From positions 105,820 through 169,819 of the forward strand of contig NMRA01000108.1 in the NCBI GenBank assembly GCA_002633005.1: a stretch of DNA of 64,000 nt, given 5' to 3'. Positions 13,258-25,641 of this stretch are shown piece by piece. The translations under genes and the position numbers were made by a program. A model generated the notes under the pieces. It did no database searches, was not told the DNA's origin, and saw only the letters and a program-made list of their open reading frames with translations. Source of the stretch: Phoronis australis (taxonomy: Eukaryota; Animalia; Phoronida). Position 1 is the first letter of the stretch. Each line of letters opens with the position of its first letter.

Positions 13258-14760
13258 AATCGCATCAAGTTGAAGATTAATTGTGACGAAGGTGAGATTG
13301 TAAATCAGTTTTATAATTATTTTAGCAATATTGCGTCACACTTTCTCCCTGCTCCTTCTTCGAGTTTGTCAAATATGACCTTTTTAGATTGTGAATCCGA
13401 TCCTACATTTGACTTCGAACCAATTTGCCGCAAATGATATTAGAAAAGTAACAACTCTTTTTATGGTTAAATGTAGTTGTGGACATGACGGCTTATCCAT
13501 GGAATTGATAAAATGTCTAATTAATCTATTGATTGAATCATTGTGTGTTGTGTCTAACCAGTCCAATTTCAACATTTTTGCAAACAAACAGGGAAGTTGC
13601 CATGGTTATTTATGTTTATGTATTTAAAAGGGGATCCGTTTTTCTAGATAATTACATGCCTATCTCTATTCTTCCTGTCTTTTATAAAATTTTTGAAATT
13701 TACGATTTCGTTCAATGTAATGGTTTGCTACATCCTGTCCAGTATAATTTTCGTGGGATACTCTACAAAACTGACTTTAGTTGAAATTATGGATAGAATT
13801 GCCAGGGCTATACATAATAATAAATTATCTCAGTCCATGCTAATTAAACTTTCCAAAGCTTTCGACTCTTTAGGTCATTCATTTTTTCTCGAAAAGATTT
13901 TACATTATGGTGGCTACCTCTTGTCTTTAATTTTTGAGAAGCTATCTCTCTAATTGCGCTCAGTATGTTTAGATTAATAACACAAAATTTTACACAGTTC
14001 CTGTTTTGCGGGGATTCCCACAAGGGTCTATACTGGGTCCGTTTTTATTCATCATTTATATGGATGTTTTTGTAAAGTGCACGAGTTTCTTTGACAGCAC
14101 ACTTTATGCTGATGATACTACTACTGTGTTAAAAATGGTATTCATAGCTCTTTGTCGTTTTATGAGTCCCATATTTTTGTGACGAGCTGGTGAGAATTCA
14201 GTCATGGTTAAATGTAAATGGACTGGTTTTATATGCAACTAAAACGGAATACTTGTTTTTTTCATAAACCCCCATAATGAATTGATGATTTTGATTTAAA
14301 GTTTGATAACTTTCAAATTGAAAGAGCTAACTCATTTCATTTACTTGGTGTTACCAACAAGGACAACCTGTTACAGACTCCACATATAGATAATGGACTG
14401 AGAACGATAAGTAGATTGTATGGTGTTCTTAAAAACAATGAACATTACTTGTCATTAGAAACTTCGAAAACTTTATACAATTGTCTTGTCCTTCCTCGTT
14501 TAATTTATGGCGTTTCGTATGGAGGATTGAACATCATAGCATATTCAAATTACAGGAAAAGGTTATGCCTATTATCACTTCCAGTTGTTTTAATGCCCAT
14601 ACAGATCCTTTATTTAGGACTACACATTTACCCAAAGTAACGAACTGTGTGTGTTTTTGCTATAGTCATTTTTTTCTACAAATGTTTGTTCATAATTGCC
14701 TACCTTCATTTTTCACACGTTAAACTTGATAAATTCATGCTTTATAGCATTATATCAGAT
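13258..14760 (+). mobile_element. CR1/L2(Crack)-type LINE, 3' part (reverse transcriptase), degenerate
   Basis: EIVNQFYNYFSNIA, SCGHDGLS, NYMPISILP..KIFE, LSKAFDSL.H, GIPQGSILGP.LF, LYADD (~14103), LYNCLVLPRLIYG, LQEKV..I..S.FNAHTDPLF. Confidence 0.8.
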
Positions 14761-17467
14761 TTCCTTTTAGTCAGTGAGTCGTGGTACAGACCAGAATCAA
14801 TTGATGCCCATTTTGTCAGATTTCTACAACGGTTAAATTTGACGTTACTTACCAGAGGAACCAGCATCAAAGGCCACGACTATTTGCAGCAGGTGCAGTC
14901 CATCATACACATTCTTTTGTGATACCTGAATTGTCTTAACCACTAATACGGTGGAGCTGGTAGAGAGGAGAGTGACATTTTTATCGATCTTATCTCACAA
15001 TGTTGTCCTCAACCTCACTATAACTCTGCCCCAGACATCGATATGACTGATAGTTATATCAATAGACACCAAATGTTACACCGCGTAACCGTGTGCAGTT
15101 CGAGTTTTCTGATCGCCATTTTTCACCATTGTTGATTAAATTTAGTTGCAAATGAGTAAAGGCGGCCGCGAGATCAGGAGGGGTTGCAGTCAATTGGGAA
15201 GCGCATGCAGCCTAGTTTCCCAACTGATCACATCGCTTACCAAACCGAGAGCAATCATTGGCTGTTTCGCCCAAATCACATTCACTGTTATATAATTCCA
15301 CCACGACTTGGTTGTTTTCCATCATAGTTTGAATCCAGATTCTCATCAATGGGAATCTATACACCAGGTGGGATTAAATGACTTCCCTGTCGAACATAAA
15401 AGAAAAATTAATGAACGTGGAAACTGCATGTGTGATATGAACGATCCTTTGCGCTCAACTCTGAAATAACTAAAGGAAAGCTGTAATCCCTCATGCTGAC
15501 GTATCATGCAAAATTAAATAAAGCAGAATCGAAAATAAGTACAGCAACATAAGTACAACTATTATTTCAAACAATAGCCAAAACAGTGTCTTCTACTTCC
15601 TTGTCTTGAATGGCGCAGCAACAACGATTGTGAAAATAATTAAAATCTGCGTTTTGATCTTGATTGGTTTCTGGATAAATACTTAGATTGATCACATCAA
15701 AGACAAAGGGCTGGTATTTAATTTATCTGAAATTCAAGTGTTTGAAGATTTCTTCGTTTGGTCCTGTCAGGTGGTGAATATTGTCTACGGCCAATCACTG
15801 CCCAGAAGTAATATCTTCTCACCAAGCCTCAAACAATGAAGCGCCGTCTCGAGGCTTGGGAACGAGGCTGGTAGGCCGACCACAGAGAATTTAATACATA
15901 GTCCGAATGTTTTGAGCGTATGTATTATTAGGGGCGGGGAATTTGAAATTGGCTTGGGATGAAAGAGCTTATATTTCATTTGCGTTTCACAAATAGTGAA
16001 TTTGACGATTTTTCAAGAAAGTTTTCCAATATTCAAAGTCAATGACTCTCATCTTAGCCCAACGAATTAGAGTTGCCACGGTCTACTTAAAGATATTTGT
16101 ACAATGCTTCGTGTTTCAGGCTTTTTCAATACTGGGCAAGGCCTGGAGGCTCCGACATCATGTCAGTGCAAAGCAATGAGATTTATGGCACTCTGACATC
16201 AATCCTATTATTTGGTCAAATACCATTATAGAGCCCTTCATGCTTCATATCCAACTCCTGGTTAGTTCCTACCAAGTCCGATGGTTGCGCCGTTTGTTCT
16301 TTCTCTCCAGCTTCCTGTTGGCCCAGCCTCAAGCAACAGTACATTCACTCGTAAGTTTTCCTAATTAGACAAGTTTATACCTCTCCCGCCCTCCTTACCC
16401 GGGGTACCACAAAATTTCACGTCAACCGTTTTCTATATTTCCCACGCTCCGTCCCTTTTGCCGAACAAAATCTGTTGTTGGTTATTGTTGCTTTTACAGC
16501 CACTGCTAGTACCTTCTTCAAGCCCGGAGCGTGTTACCGTCAGGCAAGAACCGACGTCATTGGCTAGCGACCAGACCTGTACTTGAGCATCCATTACTGC
16601 AGCTTGCTTCTCTCCACCCCGGTCACAGCTCTCGGCACATACTGAGCCACAACACCACGTTCCTTACAATATCTCTTTTTATCACTCCGGCTGGTCTGCT
16701 CACTCAGCTTGTCCGGAACCTGCGTTGCAGGTTGTTATAGCCCAGTTGGCTGTTTGATGTACCCACTTGGTACTTTATATGATATTTGCCCGTTTGGCAG
16801 TTTCTACCCACTTGGTACTTGTTATTGAATTTGACGCTTTGCTCGGCTCAGTTGGTAGGCAATCGGCCAATACCCATTTGGTACTATGCTAACCTGTGCC
16901 ACTTAGTATCCGATACTCTATTACACTTTGGGTGTCGGAAATGTATGTGTTATCTCTTGTTATTAAGGAACCCATCTGGTTCCTTCTGTGAAATATTTAT
17001 TTGTAGAGCTGTGACCCTGAAATTCCGAATACAACTTAAAATATTTATTATTCTTGTTGTTTTATTTTTCCCCAATAAGTTGCAACAGCCGACGTACATG
17101 CATGACTTTTCAACTAACTTTTCTTGTATTCCACAAGCGGGTTGTGTACATGTGGTAGCAAATTATCGGAATCGGTTTCATTCTATTGCAAGTTTTTAGC
17201 AAGATAATACCAGCAAACCGAATTTCAGAACACAGTTAATTGTTATTGCGAGAGTTGTTGTAAAATTTTAGGAAATGGTGTGTGTGTGTGCGCAACAGAT
17301 TTTACTTGCCACAAAATGTGGAGAATTATGTCACAAAATGACACTTACTTGGTTGTTTTACACTTAGAGACGGCAGGGTGTAACGGGGATGGTAAGTGTC
17401 GGTTGACTATCATATTTTCCATGCATCCCTGCAGGTCGTTAGTTTTCTATGTTGAAATAAGTTTCAC

Positions 17468-20400
17468 CATAGATATTAGTAAAGAGATTCGCGACTCCGT
17501 GAAGTCTCGCGGCCTAACGCAAAAGTACGTGAGCAGGATTCAAAACTTCCGGTCTCATGGCTAAGTATAATAAAGAAGGTGAACTTTGGTTATTATTTCA
17601 CGCCCGTCAAACAAATTTTTTGAGTTTAAAATTAATTTTTTGTGTTTAATGCAAACTAAATCGCGTATGCAAGCCATTCAAGTCGGATTATTGCTACAAA
17701 ACGTGTCGGAATTATCTTGACAAGTTGTTGATCGGCCGGCTTGCTGGCACAGTTCAACACACGAATCGAGGAGTTTGGCCCAATGAAAAGGTTGAGCTAA
17801 ATGGATAATTCTTTTCACCAGTTGAATTCTCAGTCATTTACGATGAAATTTAGTTTGAATTTTGTGATTTTGTATGAATTTTGGATCGACCTAAATGCAG
17901 TTTCTCATTCGTCACTATGTTTACAATACATAAGCCATGGTTTACCAATATATCCAAAATTCAGCAAGAGCGAAATTTTGCCATTTTTCATGATTTTCAG
18001 AAGCTCATATATATTAGCATGATGAAAAGTGGTGGAAAATGAAAAGTATGCCATCGAAAAATTTAAACTTTCTTCTTTATATTGATATCGGTTTCAACAA
18101 ATGTGGGCATTCATGAATATTTTTAAAAATCGAAGTACTGCAGCACTTGAGAAGGGGATAAATTTTCAGTTGCTAAATGGCCGTTACTGAACCGATTTTA
18201 ATGATATGTATATCCAGGAGCGGATCCAGGATTTTGTGTTAGGGAGACCAGAGCAGAGTATTAGCCAGTATCTTGTCATTCAGACATTGGCACTCCCGAT
18301 CTGCCAAATGGAATCTGGGGGAATTTTAGGGGGGTGTAGCCCTCTTGGCCCCCCTCTAAATCCGCTATTGATGTCAAACTGCTAAAAACATCTGCCTTAA
18401 GTGTACACTTTTATTTGTTTTTTGTATAAAAGTTTGGGAAAATGTAGTTTTTTTAATTTAATGCCTTTTCAATTTCTAACCTGGAAAAATCCTGCAAGTG
18501 TACTCTTCCAAAAAAAGGTAAATTCAGTCATTTTCAAGAACCATGCAGACCTTTCCAGGGTTAAAACTAAACTCAAATTTGATTTGTCAAATGGATTAAA
18601 CAGAACCAGTCAAAACTTCCCTAAATTACATAAAGTGATCCAAATTGGTGAAATATTTTCATTATAACAGTACATAATATTTTTAAACTTCAATTTAACT
18701 TCAGTTTTGGGGATAGATTCAGTCTATTTTCTTCGAAAATAATTTTGTTACACGTTTTCTACCTTGTGGTGCTGTGATCAGTTTCATTTTGAAAAAATTA
18801 TATTTTGCATTAAAATAATTGTTTATTCAAGGCTGCAGTACATCAACACCGTTTAGAATACGAGTATGCTCTTTTTGGATGGTCACTAACACAACGCCTC
18901 TCAATTCTTATATTATTTGACAGGAATGAAATTGATTTAAATATCATTGAAATTTTATTGTCCAATTTAATTTCATTTAATTAAAAATGCACATGATCAC
19001 TTTTATCATATGGTGCGTAATTTAAGATTGTGAAAACATTGATCTCACTTGGGGAAAAAAGAATAATTCGTATAACCTCAAAGATTTTTTAATAAATGAC
19101 GAAATACTCTGAAAAAAGTAGGTTTCTGGTTTTTGCTATGTTTGAAATCATTTGTTACACCAATTTCATTTTTAGAATTGTTTTGAAATATTTTGGAACA
19201 AAAAAATATTTTCACCGAGCCATGGTAATTCTTGAAGTGTTTTGTCGTTTTAAAAGTGGTTTGGTGACGACATGTTGTTAACCTACATGTAAAGGACTCT
19301 ATCTTGTTTTAGCAACATAGTAAGCTATGGATTCCCAAATATAGTTGTCTAAACTTGATATTTTTGTGGCCTGAAATTTGTGGGTGCTATTTGCTGAAAA
19401 AAGGCTATTTTTGAGGCTGCAAAAATTAAAAAACTCGAAAATATATTTCAAAAATACATATAAATGGCTAAAGGTACCATTATAGACTATTGAAGTGTTT
19501 CTGATGAAATTTGTATTTTGCTTTGCTCTGACAGCTCTATTTTGTAAAACATAGTATGCAAAGGGTGTTTTTGTATTTGTTCTCAGAAATGTTCAACACT
19601 TTATGTAATGTTGTTATGTTTTTTCCTGTTTGTTATTGTAAAAATCCCATTGCATATTCGTGTTGTCATTTTTCACTTACCAATTGTAAAGTAAGGAAAG
19701 GGAATCCCAGACCCCTGTTACTTACTCATTGAAACTGGGAAAATAAATAAAATGAAAAATGTCCATTTTGTGTGTTCTGTGCTATCTGATAACCACTAAA
19801 AATAAGGCTGACAGAACACCTTTCAAAACCTGAGTCTTTACCTCTCATGTTCTCTATTTCAAATTTTGTGGTATTTTGTTTCAGTTGGTGGTTTCATTTC
19901 ATGTTATAACTTTTTTCTTCTGCAGGCAAAAATATAACACTTAAAACTGAATTCCCTTCACTGTGTATAAAGTGCAAAAACTTATTTTATAAAAAATATA
20001 CTATACAAGTTTCCTTTCGAACACGGAATATCTGTTGGGGTCACAAAACCCTAAAGAAAATTACAGTGCCAACTGGTCCTTCCAAATTTTGACTTCTTCA
20101 ATTCAATCGCTGGTTACCTCCACTACTCAATGGTGGCATTGATTCTGTTGTGGCAATTAAACATTCACGCTCCATGTGATACTTTAAATTAGCTTAGTTT
20201 TTTGTTAAAAAGTCATACAAGAGTCCTGGGGGAAAAGTTCACTTTCACAAAATCACGTTCCAGATACAACTCTTTGTTCCATATTATTTTATAGATATTC
20301 TATGTATTTGTAACATTTAGAGGATGTTCAGAAGCTGAAAGAGAGGAATAGACATTAGGTCTTAATGAGCATGCCCACCTTCATAATCATAAGTATCACT

Positions 20401-21434
20401 TGCCAAGATACTGTGGAGAATATGTCAACTCAGACGACATGATGTGCTGCTATTGAAAATATTGAGAGTTCTTTTCGATTACATTCACGAAGCCCATTTG
20501 GAATGAGCATCAAACAGGGTCATGCTGCACTTGTTAGCGCGACATTCTTGTCACCCCCTCCATTTGTCAGTCTTTGCAGTATTTCACACCTGCTGTGTAC
20601 CATTGCATATTTGATTAGCTTTTACTTTGTGGTGGTATTACTGAGTCATTTTATTTCCACTTGATGAAACAAGAATTTTCGAAATATAGTTCGTCGTCTC
20701 TTGGTCAGTTTCTTTACCAATATTCTGACGATACGAACGGAATGGAATAAAGATTGTTAACAAGTGTCATGTATCGAACCAATTTTGCATAATCGTAGCT
20801 ATGTTTAGAAGTTGCCTTACAATGTACTTTTGGCCTACGATAGTAGTGACAGCAAGTTTTTGACACACAAGTTTTTGACACTTTAGTTTTGCAAATGATA
20901 TGTCAATGTCAGTTAGCCTTTGGCCCTTCGCCTGGAACAAACTGCGTGTGAATTACAAATATTTATTGTGTAACATTGCTACAAATTCATTTTTGTTGGT
21001 TAATACTTGTGCTCATGATTATGAGCTGATTGGTACGGTACTCAATTTAAACAAACATCAATGCTAATTGCTACAAAAAATCAGCTGGTGCGACAGCGTA
21101 AGTGCAAATGATAAACACGGGAAAATCAGCTGAAGACGTTTCTGGCGTTAATAACTCAAAACATGTCTGAATTATCTTGTGAATGTTTTAAATGACATGA
21201 CAGAGAACAGTATACGCATTTTATTTTCACACGTCTTAAAATCTCCAAAAAAATCGAGCAATTCGATTCATTACTTTACCAAATCTTGAAACGAGGGAAC
21301 GACCGCTCCATAAAACCGGAAGTTTTCTATCCTGCGTGTGCAGCGCCCTCTCATCGTTAGTGCTTATGTCCCGTGGCCCGCGACATTCGCAACGCGCTCT
21401 AACGGGAGTTGGCAGTCCCTATCTAAAGTCTATG
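17468..21434. mobile_element. Non-autonomous P-superfamily-like DNA transposon (~4 kb)
   Basis: CATAGA...TCTATG termini; imperfect TIRs include gcaggattcaaaacttccggtctcatgg (~17533) vs ccataaaaccggaagttttctatcctgc (~21308); perfect 7-bp TSD GTTTCAC (17461-17467 and 21435-21441). Confidence 0.75.
18215..18370. mobile_element. MITE, hAT-like with 5-bp TSD, nested in the P-like element
   Basis: CAGGAGCGGATCCAGG...CTAAATCCGCTATTG; flanks ATATC/ATGTC; same ends as 56903-56972. Confidence 0.65.
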
Positions 21435-21788
21435 GTTTCACGACTACGTGACGAGCAGAACTACCCGGGCTGTGTGAACTTTCGGGGTCTTACGGAGCTC
21501 AACACACAACCTAGCTGTAATTTGACGATAGGCTCCATACCGGCAGCTAGCTGGCTATATATATTACCTAAGCGTGTATTATCTTAATCTAATCCCATAC
21601 GTACGCATTGAAAAAGTGGAGTGCAATACGGCAATGTAATATTTTTCCGTATTCACCTCCTGCACTACTTTATCTGTAACCTCCGACATGGAAAGTTCAA
21701 AAGGTAGGTCAATGTGGCTAGTCGGTTCGATCGTCAAATTTCCAAAAATAGTTTATAAAATATATTTGCAGCAGTGTAAATACATGTA

Positions 21789-22530
21789 CATAGGCGGATT
21801 TAGGGGGGGGCCCAGGGCCCCCCCCCNNNNNNNNNNNNNNNNNNNNNNNNNNNNNNNNNNNNNNNNNNNNNNNNNNNNNNNNNNNNNNNNNNNNNNNNNN
21901 NNNNNNNNNNNNNNNNNNNNNNNNNNNNNNNNNNNNNNNNNNNNNNNNNNNNNNNNNNNNNNNNNNNNNNNNNNNNNNNNNNNNNNNNNNNNNNNNNNNN
22001 NNNNNNNNNNNNNNNNNNNNNNNNNNNNNNNNNNNNNNNNNNNNNNNNNNNNNNNNNNNNNNNNNNNNNNNNNNNNNNNNNNNNNNNNNNNNNNNNNNNN
22101 NNNNNNNNNNNNNNNNNNNNNNNNNNNNNNNNNNNNNNNNNNNNNNNNNNNNNNNNNNNNNNNNNNNNNNNNNNNNNNNNNNNNNNNNNNNNNNNNNNNN
22201 NNNNNNNNNNNNNNNNNNNNNNNNNNNNNNNNNNNNNNNNNNNNNNNNNNNNNNNNNNNNNNNNNNNNNNNNNNNNNNNNNNNNNNNNNNNNNNNNNNNN
22301 NNNNNNNNNNNNNNNNNNNNNNNNNNNNNNNNNNNNNNNNNNNNNNNNNNNNNNNNNNNNNNNNNNNNNNNNNNNNNNNNNNNNNNNNNNNNNNNNNNNN
22401 NNNNNNNNNNNNNNNNNGGGCAAACCCCCCTCCCGACCTCCCCCCATTCGGTGCTATGCGCATCTACAATCGTTCAGTTTGCGCAAATGCTTGCAGCCGG
22501 ACAAAATGTTGGCCCCCCCCCCCTTGTGAT
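21789..22530. mobile_element. G/C-run-rich hAT-like MITE spanning the first assembly gap
   Basis: CATAGGCGGATTTAGGGGGGGGCCCAGGGCCCCCC left end resembles the other CAGG/CATG MITEs; poly-C right part; middle is N. Confidence 0.4.
21827..22417. other. Assembly gap
   Basis: Run of N. Confidence 1.
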
Positions 22531-22689
22531 ATCCTTAATTATATGACAGTTCTGTCTCAGTTTTCAATTGCTAAAAATTACAGCATGTGCAACTAGGCGC
22601 TGATTCCTCGTACAAGCTCCCAAGCTGTGTATTCTGAAGAGTGTTTCTGCAACAAATGTGTAGGAGGTGCTGTACCGACAAAAGACATT

Positions 22690-23540
22690 ATTACTTGGCG
22701 AAACAAATTTCGCCATGTAATAATGCTCTTCCACTAAGTTTGTTTTTACTTGGCGAAATAAATTTCGCCAAGTATGTTGCTCTTCCACAAAGTTTTTTCT
22801 TTGTTCGCACGATACAGGTCGCAATTTTCGTCCGATCATTGCGAAATTCACACATAACACGTACTTCCGAAAGTATTAGAAGCCTGTAGTTTTTCGTCAA
22901 AATCGGATCCAAGATGGCGGCTGTGGCGGCCATTTTGTTTACATTTTAAGATTCAAAGGCTTTTGGAGGCTACAATTTTTTACGTACAGAGCTGAAAATC
23001 AGCACAATGAATGGCCCGGATGTGCACTACAAGTATGCTGGAAATTGTTCACTTTTAATTTAAGATGGCGGAAATATCGGCGATCGCGCATGCGCACCTC
23101 GATTTTGGCCTAAAAACGTTTTCTCCTGTAGAGGGCGCATTAAGAGACCAATTCCTTCGAATCTTTACAAGTGTCAGTTTCTTATGACATGCTATTATAC
23201 AAAGCCAAAAAACCGAGTCGAGCTGAGGTGCCACCTAAACGCGATGAGAAATTGACGTGAATTCTTGCATGTGGATTCTCTAAGGTATATTCTTTCAAAT
23301 GAACTCAAACAATTTTGTTCTCAGACTTACCGTTTTCGAGATATTTGACTTCAAGTTTCTTAAAAATAACGCAAAACTTCATTTTTTTCGAATAATTTAC
23401 GGAAGTAGCCGATACCATTAGTTTAGATAGAACTTTGAACGGGCTTTCAGAAGATGCTTTCTATTTTTCTCTACGACGTCCACTTTTCGAGTTATTTGAG
23501 ATTTTGTGATAATGCTGCTCCTTTGTTGAGCGCTCTTGCT
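22690..23540 (+). mobile_element. Non-autonomous Helentron/DINE-1-like (HINE) element with duplicated 5' head
   Basis: Two consecutive palindromic heads, ttacttggcgaa...ttcgcca(a/t)gta (~22690 and ~22746); core with aagatggcggctgtggcggccattttg; related to 23878-24509 and 27370-27697. Confidence 0.65.
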
Positions 23541-23573
23541 GCATTCAGGTTGGTTTAGCTTCTATTGAACTAG

Positions 23574-23878
23574 ACTGTAGCCTATTTCTTATTGATTTAT
23601 TACATCTGAATTCGTCATATGAATGTTATGATGTTCTTCATCATGGCCAGCACCATCATCATATTCGTCATCTTCGTCATCATCTCCGACGTCATCTTTC
23701 CTTCAGTTAATTTCGCCAAGCGTCGCTCAAGACTGTAGCCTATTTCTTAGTGATTTCTGACCTCAACGTTCGTTATATGAATGATATCATAACTAAGGTT
23801 TTCCATCATCGCCACCATCGTCGTCATAGCTGTCATCTTCGTCATCATCTCTGTCGTCGTCTTTTCTCGTCCTCTCAT
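23574..23878 (+). repeat. ~157-bp imperfect tandem duplication rich in CAT/CGT triplets
   Basis: gactgtagcctatttctta...tcgtcatcatctc occurs at ~23574 and ~23731. Confidence 0.65.
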
Positions 23879-24509
23879 TACTTGGCGAAATAAATTTCGC
23901 CAAGTATGTTGCTCTGTCACTAAGTTTGTTTTTTTTTTACTTGGCGGAATTCTTCTAATTCCGTCAAGTATGTTGGTCAGACAGCAATTTTTCTTTGTTC
24001 GCTCTGTACAGGTCGCAATTTTCGTCTGATTTTCACGAAATTTGCACACAACGTGTAAACTGGAAACTGCTAGAAAGCTTTTGTTTTTGGTCATGATAGG
24101 ATACAAAATGGCGGACGTGGCGGCCATTTTGTATCCGATTTCACAGTCAAACACTCGTAGAGGCTGCATTTTTCAACCTATATGGCTGAAAGTGAAGACG
24201 AATATACTAAAACGCATGTGCTACAATTGTGCTGAAAATCGTTGACTTTCGGTTAAATGTGGCGGAAATATTGGACGTGGCGCATGCGCGCCCCGAAATA
24301 TGGCCAAAAACGTTTTCTCCTGTAGAGGGCGTATTTGCAAACCAATTACTTTCAAACTGGTCACGTGTTTGTTGAGTTTAATAAACTGTTATAAAAAATT
24401 ATTGAACCCGAAATCACTTTCAAGATGGCGGCTGTGGGGCATGTTCACACGGTTTCAATCTCTCTGGTGTCGCATTTTTTATGAGAAGAGCAAATGACGT
24501 GAATTTTTG
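23878..24509 (+). mobile_element. Second HINE-like element, also double-headed, truncated by the gap
   Basis: ttacttggcgaaataaatttcgccaagta and ttacttggcggaat..attccgtcaagta heads; body aligns with 22780-23200. Confidence 0.65.
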
Positions 24510-25114
24510 NNNNNNNNNNNNNNNNNNNNNNNNNNNNNNNNNNNNNNNNNNNNNNNNNNNNNNNNNNNNNNNNNNNNNNNNNNNNNNNNNNNNNNNNNNN
24601 NNNNNNNNNNNNNNNNNNNNNNNNNNNNNNNNNNNNNNNNNNNNNNNNNNNNNNNNNNNNNNNNNNNNNNNNNNNNNNNNNNNNNNNNNNNNNNNNNNNN
24701 NNNNNNNNNNNNNNNNNNNNNNNNNNNNNNNNNNNNNNNNNNNNNNNNNNNNNNNNNNNNNNNNNNNNNNNNNNNNNNNNNNNNNNNNNNNNNNNNNNNN
24801 NNNNNNNNNNNNNNNNNNNNNNNNNNNNNNNNNNNNNNNNNNNNNNNNNNNNNNNNNNNNNNNNNNNNNNNNNNNNNNNNNNNNNNNNNNNNNNNNNNNN
24901 NNNNNNNNNNNNNNNNNNNNNNNNNNNNNNNNNNNNNNNNNNNNNNNNNNNNNNNNNNNNNNNNNNNNNNNNNNNNNNNNNNNNNNNNNNNNNNNNNNNN
25001 NNNNNNNNNNNNNNNNNNNNNNNNNNNNNNNNNNNNNNNNNNNNNNNNNNNNNNNNNNNNNNNNNNNNNNNNNNNNNNNNNNNNNNNNNNNNNNNNNNNN
25101 NNNNNNNNNNNNNN
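24510..25114. other. Assembly gap
   Basis: Run of N. Confidence 1.
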
Positions 25115-25641
25115 TAGTCGAAATCGTCGGAAAATCATCGTCAACCGTCCTCTACATAGTAAGCATATACATGCCAATTTTCACAATCATCCTTTGAGCG
25201 GTTTGGTTGATAGAGGGGTGGACGCACAAAAACAGACTCGAAAACACTAAAAATGGCCACTAGATGGCGCAAACTATGTCGAATCCATCTGAAAACGGCA
25301 GGATAGCGTCATCTCACTACTAGGTGCCTACAAACCAAATTTCATGAAAATCCGTTCAGGACTTTTGAAGATACAAAGGTAAGCGTAAAAAACTAAAATT
25401 GCCACTAGGGGGCACACCGGTAGTCGGATCCGTCCGAAACTTCGCACATGCCGTCCCATTCATGAATGGAATATATGTGCCAAATTTCATGAACGTATGT
25501 CAAAGGGTTTTGGAGATAGAGCAGCGGACGCCGGACACCAGACGCCGGACACCGGACGGACGCTGCCCGGACGGACGGACGGACGGACGGACAGAGATGA
25601 CGGCATAATGCGTCCACATATAAATATGTGGGCGCATAATA
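25115..25641 (-). mobile_element. DINE-1/HINE-like element (different family) with GTCC microsatellite
   Basis: The minus strand begins TT + atgcgcccacata..tatgtggacgcat palindrome (25608-25637), then (GTCC)n (~25555-25592) and ~150-bp core repeats (aaatttcatgaa, ccactagg). This is the classic DINE-1/pearl layout. Confidence 0.7.

Noticed and set aside
15811-15872. ~60-bp hairpin ccaagcctc...gaggcttgggaacgaggctg
   Set aside because: Probably a tiny degraded MITE; boundaries and TSD could not be established.
21688-25250. Long ORFs of 215-302 aa in the ORF track
   Set aside because: They are artefacts of translating the N gaps.
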